Assembly (NCBI GenBank): GCA_017507765.1
Contig: JAFWAG010000032.1
Location: forward strand, 20,919-84,918
Origin: Alphaproteobacteria bacterium
GTDB taxonomy: Bacteria; Pseudomonadota; Alphaproteobacteria; CACZRW01
Direction: 5' to 3'
DNA length: 64,000 nt
Positions 1 through 8,640 of the stretch are shown here, piece by piece (within the stretch, counting starts at the first letter, position 1; each line of letters starts with the position of its first letter). Under the pieces are notes generated by a model. It made no database searches. It was not told the DNA's origin and worked only from the letters and a program-made list of their open reading frames with translations. The position numbers and the translations under genes were made by a program.

Positions 1-153
1 GGAAAAGAATTATGGTTCTTTGCCGATTTCGGCTCGGCTCTTTTATGGGTCGCCGCAATCTTGACCTTGATTACCGGCTATGATTACTTGCGTGCCGGAA
101 TGAAATATATGGACGGAGTTCCTGCACCAAAGAAACCTGCCAATAAAAAATGA
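1..153 (+). CDS. 3' end (last ~50 codons) of a CDP-alcohol phosphatidyltransferase (PgsA-like) gene that begins upstream of the window
   Basis: Open frame from base 1 to TGA at 151-153; hydrophobic tail ADFGSALLWVAAILTLITGYDYL resembles the PgsA C-terminal helix; the stop overlaps the downstream RR start (ATGA). Confidence 0.4.
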   Translation, partial: GKELWFFADFGSALLWVAAILTLITGYDYLRAGMKYMDGVPAPKKPANKK

Positions 154-851
154 CCCGAATTAACCGAAGCCGTAATAAAAAACATATTTTAGTCATCGAT
201 GACGATGACAGGTTAAGGGCGCTTTTATGCCGTTACCTGCAGGAAAACGAGCTGATAGTTACCACGTCAAAAGATACGGCGGAAGCAAGAGAGCTTATGA
301 AGCTTTTCCTGTTTGACCTGCTTATCGTGGATATTATGATGCCGGGGGAAAACGGTATCGACTTTACCAATGATATCCGAAAATATAATAATGTGCCGGT
401 GTTAATGCTGACCGCTATGGGTGAGCCGGAAAACCGTATTTCCGGTTTGGAAAGCGGAGCAGATGATTACTTAAGCAAGCCCTTTGAACCACGGGAACTG
501 TTACTGCGGATACGGAATATTTTAAAAAGAATACCCTCGGCAAAAGAAGAAAACAAAGGCTTGTTAAAGCTTGGCGTTTGTACTTATGACATCGAAAACG
601 GCTGGCTTTTAAAAGACGGGGAAAAAGTCAAACTTACACCGGCGGAAAGCGCTTTGTTAAAGATTTTTGCCGAACAAGCCGGACAGATTTTAACCAGAGA
701 AGATATTATCCGCAAAACCGGTGATGAAAATAATCCTCGGACAATAGATGTACAGATAACCCGCCTGCGGAGTAAAATTGAAACTGATCCTAAACTGCCA
801 CGTTATTTGCAGACTATCCGTGGCAAAGGATATATTCTGTTGCCGGATTAA
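150..851 (+). CDS. OmpR/PhoB-family response regulator (receiver + winged-helix DNA-binding domain)
   Basis: 233 aa; receiver motifs ILVIDDDxRL, phospho-acceptor region LLIVDIMMPGENG, LTAMGE, GADDYLSKPF; C-terminal winged helix (LTPAESALL, RTIDVQITRLRSKIE). Confidence 0.85.
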   Translation: MTRINRSRNKKHILVIDDDDRLRALLCRYLQENELIVTTSKDTAEARELMKLFLFDLLIVDIMMPGENGIDFTNDIRKYNNVPVLMLTAMGEPENRISGLESGADDYLSKPFEPRELLLRIRNILKRIPSAKEENKGLLKLGVCTYDIENGWLLKDGEKVKLTPAESALLKIFAEQAGQILTREDIIRKTGDENNPRTIDVQITRLRSKIETDPKLPRYLQTIRGKGYILLPD

Positions 852-868
852 GCAAAGGAGCCAATGAT

Positions 869-2218
869 ATGATTAAGCGTTATCTGGCGTTTCCGAAAAA
901 GCTTATTAACTTTATACATCATCATATAATGCCCAAAGGTCTGTGGGCTAGGTCTTTGCTGATTATCGTTATTCCTTTGATACTTTTACAGCTGATTATC
1001 GCCATATTCTTTTATGAACAGCACTGGCAGACCATAAGCCGAAGAATGGCAAACAGCATTGCCGGAGACCTTACTTTTGTTATTGCGTTGATGCAAAAGA
1101 CAGATGAAGAAAACCGTAAACCTTTGTTCGATGCGGCACAGCGGCATTTAAAAATCGGCTTTTTCTTTACCAAAGACGCTATGTTGCCGGAGAAAACTTC
1201 TTTGGATACCGACAGCATGGTCATTTACGAACTGAGCCAAGCTTTGAAATATGCTTTCGGAGATACCTTCACCATTGAAGAAGGAAACTTGAAAAAAAGC
1301 GTAAATATTTATATCCGCCAAGCAGACGGACTGTTGACCGTAACCGTACCGAAAAAACGTTTCTTTAGTTCGACGGCGTATGTCTTTTCGGCGTGGATGC
1401 TTGGGTCTTCCCTTTTGTTATTTATTGTCGCCGTTCTGTTTTTGCGGATACAGGTGCGCTCGATACGAAGGCTAGCTAAAGCCGCAGATAGCTTTGGTAA
1501 AGGGCACGACGTGGAAAACTTTAAACCGGAGGGAGCTTTGGAAGTTCGCCAAGCAGCGGCGGCTTTTCTGGCAATGCGAGACCGTATTAAACGCCAACTG
1601 GACGAAAGAACAACAATGCTTGCCGGTGTTTCTCATGACTTACGCACTCCTTTAACCCGCATGAAACTCCAACTGGCTATGATGAGAAAAAATGATGCGT
1701 TGAACGATTTAAAACAAGATGTCCAAGAAATGGAAACTATGGTCGAAGGATATCTTAGCTTTGCCAGAGGAGAAGGAAAAGAACCATTCCAAAAAGTCGA
1801 AGTATCTAATCTGGTCAAAGAAATCGTAACCAAGATGCGCCGTAATAATGCTAATATCGATTTACATATAGAACAAAAGCAAGAACTGATGCTCCGGCCG
1901 AATGACTTTTCCCGCTGTATTGCCAATATTTTGGGAAATGCCGCACGATATGCAAAATACACAAAAGTTAATATCGGCGTACGAAATAACTTTTGGGAAA
2001 TTACCGTTGATGATGACGGCCCCGGCATACCGGAAAAAAGCCGCAATGAAGTCTTTAAAGCCTTTTTCCGCTTGGACGCTTCCCGTAATCAACAAACCGG
2101 AGGCGTAGGCCTTGGCTTGACAATAACTAAAGATATTGTGGTTGCTCACGGCGGGGAAATAACCTTGGCAGAAAGTCCTTTGGGAGGTTTACGAGTCCGT
2201 TTAATTTTCCCCTTATAG
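869..2218 (+). CDS. Sensor histidine kinase, EnvZ-like (2 TM, HAMP, HisKA, HATPase_c)
   Basis: 449 aa; two hydrophobic segments; H-box SHDLRTPLTRM; N/G boxes (GNAARYA, DDDGPGIP, GGVGLGLTI); 17 bp downstream of the RR with AAGGAG RBS. Confidence 0.85.
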   Translation: MIKRYLAFPKKLINFIHHHIMPKGLWARSLLIIVIPLILLQLIIAIFFYEQHWQTISRRMANSIAGDLTFVIALMQKTDEENRKPLFDAAQRHLKIGFFFTKDAMLPEKTSLDTDSMVIYELSQALKYAFGDTFTIEEGNLKKSVNIYIRQADGLLTVTVPKKRFFSSTAYVFSAWMLGSSLLLFIVAVLFLRIQVRSIRRLAKAADSFGKGHDVENFKPEGALEVRQAAAAFLAMRDRIKRQLDERTTMLAGVSHDLRTPLTRMKLQLAMMRKNDALNDLKQDVQEMETMVEGYLSFARGEGKEPFQKVEVSNLVKEIVTKMRRNNANIDLHIEQKQELMLRPNDFSRCIANILGNAARYAKYTKVNIGVRNNFWEITVDDDGPGIPEKSRNEVFKAFFRLDASRNQQTGGVGLGLTITKDIVVAHGGEITLAESPLGGLRVRLIFPL

Positions 2219-2296
2219 TTTTTATGTTTTGCTGTATGGACTTATATTTATTTTGTTGTTATATTTGCCAAGTTAACAAGAAAGGGTCGCAGCTTA

Positions 2297-3481
2297 ATGG
2301 TATCCTCATCGAGGAAAAAAACGGCAAGAAATGCCCGCCGGAAGAAGGTTGCTTCAACCGCCATAGAAATTATGGAGGTTGGAGAAGATGCTGTACCCTC
2401 TGTAAAAAAAGAAACTTCTTCCCCAAAAGTTGCCCCTAAAAAGCCTAAAAAAGCGCCTGCGAAAACAAAGCCTGCGGGCAAAAAAGCTCCGGAACCGGAT
2501 GTGGAAGAATCATATGAACCAGAATCATATGAAGAAGAAGCATACGAAGAGGCATATGAGCCAGAGCAATATGAAGAAGAATGGTATGAAGCTCCGGAAC
2601 CTGATGTGGAACCGATTACTTATACCTTCGGCTTCGGCGACGGAGAAAAGACTATTATCGGTGAAAATGCAAAAGGTATTTTGGAAATTACCGATATCGG
2701 CTCTCCTTTATATTCTTTGGCAGATTGGAATGTAATTATCAGCAAAACTGATATTATTCCGCTGTCCGGTCGAACCGGAGATACCATAGATTTCCCCAAA
2801 GGAATGACCCGTGGCGTTTTGTTAAGTGAAGACGGATACCGTGCGGATTTTTGTAATGCGGAAAAAATTACCATACCAAATCCGGAAGATGCCGAACCGA
2901 AAGAAGCAAAAAATCACCTGTTTTTAACGGGGGATTTAGGCAAAAACGGAGATGATGCCTGGGGATTGGTTGTTACCGGCTGCAAGACCCTTAACCTTGC
3001 CAAAATAACCGATTTTTCTTTGGCTTTAAATCCGGAAGAAATCGGCGTGTTGTCCGGCCCGCAGGGAAATATTCTGCACTTTTCCAATATCGCAGAAGTA
3101 AAGCTTCCGGTCACAAAAGATATAACGGAAGACTTTATAACCTATAACTTGCAAGAAACCTTGGAAGAAGTACCGTCGGCAACGGGCAACAAACAAGAGC
3201 TGTTCTATTTCTCTGCCAATGATGACAGTGCCGAGTTCGCCGGAACGCCAGACCGTTCGATTATTCGGATTGAAACTGACACTACTTATGGTTGGAATGT
3301 CTCCTTTGCCAACGGAATCCTGATGAGCTTGCAAGACCTGAAGGAGTTTCAATCTCGCCACGGTAAATTACCGGACAATACCGGTAAGATTATGCATGGC
3401 GACAAAACTCTGCGCTTTACGGGAGCAACGGCAATTTTAATTTACGAACCGCCAACCTATAGTTCTTTTGATTTAGAATAA
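2297..3481 (+). CDS. Hypothetical protein with Lys-rich N-terminus followed by an acidic Tyr-rich (E/P)ESYE repeat
   Basis: 394-aa ORF; KKxKK-rich first 60 aa, then EESYEPESYEEEAYEEAYEPEQYEEEWYE; no recognisable catalytic motif; start codon uncertain. Confidence 0.45.
   Translation: MVSSSRKKTARNARRKKVASTAIEIMEVGEDAVPSVKKETSSPKVAPKKPKKAPAKTKPAGKKAPEPDVEESYEPESYEEEAYEEAYEPEQYEEEWYEAPEPDVEPITYTFGFGDGEKTIIGENAKGILEITDIGSPLYSLADWNVIISKTDIIPLSGRTGDTIDFPKGMTRGVLLSEDGYRADFCNAEKITIPNPEDAEPKEAKNHLFLTGDLGKNGDDAWGLVVTGCKTLNLAKITDFSLALNPEEIGVLSGPQGNILHFSNIAEVKLPVTKDITEDFITYNLQETLEEVPSATGNKQELFYFSANDDSAEFAGTPDRSIIRIETDTTYGWNVSFANGILMSLQDLKEFQSRHGKLPDNTGKIMHGDKTLRFTGATAILIYEPPTYSSFDLE
2503..2592. repeat. 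Short degenerate in-frame tandem repeats (gaa..tcatatgaa units) encoding the (E/P)ESYE tract
   Basis: Repeated ga(a/g)tcatatgaa / gcatacgaa / gcatatgag units visible in the sequence. Confidence 0.5.
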
Positions 3482-3485
3482 ATAT

Positions 3486-4643
3486 TTATTGCTTAGCCGC
3501 CACGTTTTTAGCAGCTAAACGCTCCTTGACAATATACGAAACCGGAACCAGATAGATGCCCTTTTCCGCAAGGGTTGGCAACCATTCTGCCAAAGCTTTT
3601 ATTGTGCCGTCATGCGGGTGACCGATACCGATAGCCATACCGTTTCTGCGAGCCGATTTTTCCAAGATATGCAATTGCCCCAAGATGTAAGAAACGTCAT
3701 CTTTGTTATCAATAAAAACATTCCGTCCTGCGGCAGCAACCCCCAAAGAATCTGCAATGCTTACCGCTGAAGAACCGGGAGCGGTACGAGAATCTATAAA
3801 CAAGCGTTGATATGGAGCATAAGCTTTCATAAACGCACGGACACTTTCGGGATTTTTGGTAAACTTACTGCCCATATGATTATTTACACCGACTACGCCT
3901 TGGGCAAGAAGTTCCGGCGAAAGATTTTTCTTTAAAGCGGCAGCGATTTCTTCGGCAGACATTGCCGTGGTCAATGCGTCAGGACCGGTATCTACGCCGC
4001 TTCTGGCTTCCATAGGAATATGCAGCATGATTTCTTTGCCGTTTTCTTTGGCTTTGGTTATCTGTTTAGGTAAACCACCGGCATAGGTGATAAAGGAAGC
4101 GGTTATCGGCGCAGGTAAAGCAATAATCTTTGCCGTACGCTTTTTATCAATGCCTAAATCATCAATTATGATAGCAATTTTGGGTGCATCTTTGGGAAGC
4201 TTTGCGACCTTTACCGCAAAATCAGGCCAAAGGCTTTTGGCTTTGGTTACAACCGGTTTGGTTATTTTGACAACCGGATAAGCAGGAAGGACGCCACTGT
4301 CCAAATCCGCTTTTGCTTCTTCCGTATCGCTTACCGCATCTTCGGGCAGAGGCTCTTCAGCAATAAAAACTTTGGGAAACTCTGGCAAAGATATTTCCGA
4401 AGTTTCCAAAACAACTGCCGTGGCTTTAGGGTCAACAGAAACTTCATTTTTCAACGGCAATAAAACAAAAGAAAAAATTGTGGCAGCAATGCCAACAGCA
4501 GCACCGGTAGCAAAAGCAAATAACAGCTTTTTTTGTTCCGGTCTTGGCTTAGAAGAAGGAAGTTTCTTCCTTGCCGTGGTCTTGTTGGGCAAAGAAGAAA
4601 CTTTTCCCGGTCTTCTTTTTATCTGTTGGCGAGCCTTGTGCAT
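3486..4643 (-). CDS. Divergent polysaccharide deacetylase family protein (YibQ/DUF610-like), membrane-anchored
   Basis: 385 aa; N-terminal basic region plus TM; core KIAIIIDDLG...NHMGSKFT...FIDSRT...IGIGHPH matches the YibQ-type deacetylase signature. Confidence 0.6.
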   Translation of the reverse strand: MHKARQQIKRRPGKVSSLPNKTTARKKLPSSKPRPEQKKLLFAFATGAAVGIAATIFSFVLLPLKNEVSVDPKATAVVLETSEISLPEFPKVFIAEEPLPEDAVSDTEEAKADLDSGVLPAYPVVKITKPVVTKAKSLWPDFAVKVAKLPKDAPKIAIIIDDLGIDKKRTAKIIALPAPITASFITYAGGLPKQITKAKENGKEIMLHIPMEARSGVDTGPDALTTAMSAEEIAAALKKNLSPELLAQGVVGVNNHMGSKFTKNPESVRAFMKAYAPYQRLFIDSRTAPGSSAVSIADSLGVAAAGRNVFIDNKDDVSYILGQLHILEKSARRNGMAIGIGHPHDGTIKALAEWLPTLAEKGIYLVPVSYIVKERLAAKNVAAKQ

Positions 4644-4645
4644 GA

Positions 4646-6169
4646 TTAATAACTGCGGGCAAAAATTGCGTATTTAACTGCCGGCTTGCCGCTTAGAATG
4701 CACTTTCCGTCCTTGCCGTCTTGGTAAGCGAACGGAATACAACGGATAGTGATGCCCATTTCCTTTAACAACGGAATGGTGTCTTTATCCTCGCTCCATT
4801 TTGCCAAAACAAATGCAGGGTGAGACTTTTTATCGTCTTCAAGCCAACCGCTCTTCGGGGTAAAGTATTCTTTTAGCTCCTCTAAGGTTGTTATATCGGT
4901 ACGGATATTTGCTTCCATGCGAGCTTTGGCTTTGGCAAACATCTCGGCTTGGATTTCTTCCAATAAAGCTCCGGCAGTGGCAACAAAATCATTAAAAGGC
5001 AAAAGCTTTTTATGTTCCGGTGTGTTCATACGGCAACGGATTTTGCTCATGATTTTTTCGCCTTCAACGTCTCGGATACCTACTTCGCAGATTATCGGAG
5101 CGCCTTTGCGAGCCCATTCCCAATACTTATCAACAGATTCCTTATTTCTTTTATCCGTTTTAATCCGGATTTTTTCGCCAAATGCGGTTTGCGAACGTAA
5201 AGCAGCTTCCAACTTGGCAACATACGCCATGATAGGTTCCCGCATACTTTCGTCCTTTATCATAGGCACAATGACGATTTGATAAGGAGCTACTTTCGGA
5301 GGTGTGTTCATTCCTTCATCATCGGCATGAGACATTAAAAGTCCTCCGACCAGACGAGTGGAAACGCCCCAAGAAGTGGTATAGGCAAACTCTTTTTCCC
5401 CGTCCCTGTTTTGGAAAGCTATGTTCGCAGGACGGGAGAAGTTCTGCCCCAAATAATGCGAAGTTCCGGCTTGCAAAGCTTTGCCGTCTTGCATCATCGC
5501 TTCAACGCATAAGGTGGTTACGGCTCCGGGGAACTTTTCATGTTCGGGCTTTTGACCCGTAATAACCGGCATTGCCATAGTGTCTTCGCACATAGAGCGG
5601 TATACTTCCAACATCTGATTTGCTTCAGCTTCGGCTTCTTCGGCAGTGGCATGAGCGGTATGACCTTCCTGCCACAAAAACTCTCTGGTACGCAAAAACA
5701 GCCGAGGACGCATTTCCCAACGAACTACATTCGCCCACTGGTTCATTAATATCGGTAAATCACGGTAAGAAACTACCCACTTAGCAAAGGCATCGGCAAT
5801 GATGGTTTCCGAAGTAGGACGAACAACCAACGGTTCTTCCAATGCTCCGTATGGGACTAATTTCCCTTCCTCGTTCTTGCGAACTTTGCTGTGAGTTACC
5901 AATGCCATTTCCTTGGCAAAGCCTTCGACATGGTCAGCTTCTTTTTGGAAAAAACTTAACGGAATAAACATGGGAAAATAATAATTTTCATGGCCGGTTT
6001 CGGCAAACATATCATCAAGAGTCCGGCGGATACGCATCCATACGCCGTACCCCCAAGGCTTGATAATCATACAGCCGGGGGAAACCGAACCTTCCGCCAT
6101 GTCAGCCGCAGTTATTACGTCCTGAAACCATTCAGGATAATTGTTACTTCTTATATTTCTTAAGGTCAT
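4646..6169 (-). CDS. proS: Prolyl-tRNA synthetase, archaeal/eukaryotic-like class II type
   Basis: 507 aa; class II motifs; begins MTLRNIRSNNYPEWFQDVI; C-terminal domain ends ...KYAIFARSY (terminal Tyr typical of archaeal-type ProRS); no bacterial INS editing domain. Confidence 0.85.
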   Translation of the reverse strand: MTLRNIRSNNYPEWFQDVITAADMAEGSVSPGCMIIKPWGYGVWMRIRRTLDDMFAETGHENYYFPMFIPLSFFQKEADHVEGFAKEMALVTHSKVRKNEEGKLVPYGALEEPLVVRPTSETIIADAFAKWVVSYRDLPILMNQWANVVRWEMRPRLFLRTREFLWQEGHTAHATAEEAEAEANQMLEVYRSMCEDTMAMPVITGQKPEHEKFPGAVTTLCVEAMMQDGKALQAGTSHYLGQNFSRPANIAFQNRDGEKEFAYTTSWGVSTRLVGGLLMSHADDEGMNTPPKVAPYQIVIVPMIKDESMREPIMAYVAKLEAALRSQTAFGEKIRIKTDKRNKESVDKYWEWARKGAPIICEVGIRDVEGEKIMSKIRCRMNTPEHKKLLPFNDFVATAGALLEEIQAEMFAKAKARMEANIRTDITTLEELKEYFTPKSGWLEDDKKSHPAFVLAKWSEDKDTIPLLKEMGITIRCIPFAYQDGKDGKCILSGKPAVKYAIFARSY

Positions 6170-6192
6170 TTTTTTCTCTTATATATTTATTT

Positions 6193-6801
6193 TTATTCAA
6201 TACAGCAGTCTACTGCTTTACGGACAATACTTTTTAATTTACCAAATGCACCTTGCGGTCGCGGTTCCGGTTCAACTTCCGGAGCGACAGATGTCTCGGC
6301 AACAGAGGTAAGAGGAACTTCTGCTTTTAATGCTTCTGCCGAAAGTTTGGCAGGGTCATCTGCTATCCATTTGGCGTCTTTAACGTCGACAAGATTCAAG
6401 TTCAAGCCCCAAAACAGGCAATATAAATCATATGCTTGATTGAAAAGTTTATATGCTTCTTCGGAACGTCCCATGCTTTGCTGTTTGGTACCGACTTCCA
6501 TAAGACGCATAGAGGCAGCCAGAAGATGCTTTGATATGCACCAAACTTCGCCTTCATATTCTTTTATCATCTTCTGCATCAGGTTTTTACGCATTTCCCT
6601 GATGTCGGCTATCAAATCATAATAAGAGTTCTTGCCGGTCTTTGCACCGGAAAAGATTAAATGCTCTTCAATGCTTATCAAGTTCATGATAGCGATGCTT
6701 AAATCCTGATCGGAAGATAAGTCTTTGGGATTTTGTTTCTTTAAATTATCAATGCGTTCAACAAACTCTTTTACATTCTGTGCTTTTTTCATTTTCAACA
6801 A
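6193..6801 (-). CDS. Hypothetical protein (no recognisable domain; acidic EPEPRP tail)
   Basis: 202-aa ORF with coding-like composition; 23 bp after proS. Confidence 0.4.
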   Translation of the reverse strand: MLKMKKAQNVKEFVERIDNLKKQNPKDLSSDQDLSIAIMNLISIEEHLIFSGAKTGKNSYYDLIADIREMRKNLMQKMIKEYEGEVWCISKHLLAASMRLMEVGTKQQSMGRSEEAYKLFNQAYDLYCLFWGLNLNLVDVKDAKWIADDPAKLSAEALKAEVPLTSVAETSVAPEVEPEPRPQGAFGKLKSIVRKAVDCCIE

Positions 6802-6807
6802 TCCTGC

Positions 6808-7359
6808 TTATAATACCGAATCAAACTGCGGAAGAGCTATTGCCGGAGAAGCAAAAAGATAATCCGCAGCAAAATAAAAAATTACGCTGGCGATTAACAA
6901 GGAAACCACCGGAATGGCAACTTTTTCAAACGGGAAATGGGCATGACCGCCGTTTTTCGCCTTTAAATAACGGTATAAAATATCGGTTGACCAGATGATG
7001 AAAGCACCGACAAGAGAACTTAACAAAAAGGCATCAATCCCGAAAATCGTCCGCGCACCATAAGGAATGTAGTCAAAGGTATAAATCGGAATCATGGTGG
7101 AGAAAGTCAGAAGAACCAGAATAATATTCAAGCCCTTAAAACTCCACTTCCGACCGGCGCACAACTTTATCAGCCAGAAAGCCAACAACATAAGCAAAGC
7201 TCCGAACCATACGCCAACAACCGTATCATCAACGCCAAGCTTGCGGGAAATCTCTAAGAAAGCTCCGACAGCGACGGTACATACTGCACACGCCGGATTA
7301 GCCAAAGCGGGAAACGAAAGTGTTAACGATAGGCTCAAAAAGCTGATAAACTTAAACAT
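6808..7359 (-). CDS. Hypothetical integral membrane protein (about 5 TM)
   Basis: 183 aa; multiple hydrophobic helices; N-terminal signal-like segment with CAVC. Confidence 0.45.
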   Translation of the reverse strand: MFKFISFLSLSLTLSFPALANPACAVCTVAVGAFLEISRKLGVDDTVVGVWFGALLMLLAFWLIKLCAGRKWSFKGLNIILVLLTFSTMIPIYTFDYIPYGARTIFGIDAFLLSSLVGAFIIWSTDILYRYLKAKNGGHAHFPFEKVAIPVVSLLIASVIFYFAADYLFASPAIALPQFDSVL

Positions 7360-7387
7360 AATATTCCTTCTTTATCCTTTTGTTTGC

Positions 7388-8113
7388 TTAAATGTTGTTC
7401 AAATCTCTGCCGATAAGTTCGATATCATGACCAAAGAACTGCGATATCAAAGCCGCTGCCGGATTGCCGTTGCGGGAAGAAACTTTGAACCAATATTTTG
7501 CTTGGCGTTCATCTTGCTTTACACCGTCGCCGTTATAGTACATACCGCCAATGTTAAATGCGGCTTTGGGTTCGCCTTTGTCCGCCGCTTTGGTAAACCA
7601 TTCCAAAGCTTTGGTGTAGCTTTGTTCAACACCTTCGCCGGCATAATACATAGAACCGATATTAAAATCTGCTTCCGGCAAACCTTTTTCCGAAGCTTTC
7701 AAATAATACTTAAAGGCTTCTCCGTGATTTTGCGCAACTACTTTGCCTTTGTCATAAAACATACCGATTATCAACAAAGCCTCTGCATTGCCTTGCTTCG
7801 CCGCATGGTTATACAAAGACAACGCTTTTTTAATATCAGGTTTTATTCCTTCTTCCCCATGATGATATTTTTTGGCTTCGGTAAGAGCCTTTGCTCCTGC
7901 CATAGCATCTGCGACCACCGGAGTTTTAGGAGCCTCTGCTTTAGGCGCTTCGGTTTTAGATGCTTCTGCTTTAACGGGAGCTGCATCTTTAACCTCTTCG
8001 GTTTTAGACGTGTCGGCTTTGGGAGTCTCTGCCTCAATAGCCGTATCAGAATAGGCGGCAGTCTGATAAAAAACCAATCCCAAAAAAGCAACAGTAGATA
8101 TAAGAGTTTTCAT
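7388..8113 (-). CDS. Secreted Sel1-repeat (TPR-like) protein with N-terminal Lys/Ala/Glu-rich repeats
   Basis: 241 aa; signal peptide MKTLISTVAFLGLVFYQTAAYS; KAEASKTEAPKAEAPK repeats; four or more Sel1-like units (AxxGNAEAxxxxGxxYxxGxGVxQ...A..W[FY]xKAA). Confidence 0.7.
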   Translation of the reverse strand: MKTLISTVAFLGLVFYQTAAYSDTAIEAETPKADTSKTEEVKDAAPVKAEASKTEAPKAEAPKTPVVADAMAGAKALTEAKKYHHGEEGIKPDIKKALSLYNHAAKQGNAEALLIIGMFYDKGKVVAQNHGEAFKYYLKASEKGLPEADFNIGSMYYAGEGVEQSYTKALEWFTKAADKGEPKAAFNIGGMYYNGDGVKQDERQAKYWFKVSSRNGNPAAALISQFFGHDIELIGRDLNNI

Positions 8114-8200
8114 CTTGGTAACCCTTTAAATAGTTAGTATCGGTATTTTATACTGTTTTATGGATTTTTTTAAAGGGTAAAAAACATAAAAAAGCTTTTC

Positions 8201-8632
8201 TTAAAACAGACCTTCGACAAAAGTATATATAAGTTCAGAAAAACTTGGGGCAACTTGCGTAACCATAAAATCCGTACGGTCAACGCATTGATAGCGGTTA
8301 TCCTTGCCAGAGTAGACCAAAAGCTCTTCAGAGGCTCTGCCAAGAATCATCTTCCCCGCCAAAGCGTCAATGCCCATAAAATCCATATTGGCATCAATAA
8401 TGCCCGGTAAAGAATAGCCTTTGCTTTCCCTGTCATAGGCCTTGGTTCCGTAAAGCTCCATACCGTTCCAAACCAAACCGTCCGTAATCTTTAAAAAGTC
8501 TATGTATTCTTCCGGAATGGGAATAACCCCATGGCTGGTCAGCATTGCACCCGCAAACTTTATCGCTCGCTCGTCCGCCGGTTCAAAAGTTACGGCTATG
8601 TCTTTTTTTAACGTATCGACTATTCTTTGCAT
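8201..8632 (-). CDS. SMI1/KNR4 (SUKH-1)-like putative immunity protein
   Basis: 143 aa; IPxPEEYIDFLKITDGLVWNG and C-terminal VAPSFSELIYTFVE resemble SUKH conserved segments (LPxdYxxFL..NG ... vAxSFxEFl); lies directly downstream of a candidate toxin gene. Confidence 0.45.
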   Translation of the reverse strand: MQRIVDTLKKDIAVTFEPADERAIKFAGAMLTSHGVIPIPEEYIDFLKITDGLVWNGMELYGTKAYDRESKGYSLPGIIDANMDFMGIDALAGKMILGRASEELLVYSGKDNRYQCVDRTDFMVTQVAPSFSELIYTFVEGLF

Positions 8633-8640
8633 ATCATTAC

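Noticed and set aside
7094-8137. 347-aa plus-strand ORF rich in Phe/Cys/Arg
   Set aside because: It lies entirely antisense to the well-supported Sel1-repeat gene and the preceding gene. Its low-complexity composition is typical of a shadow ORF.
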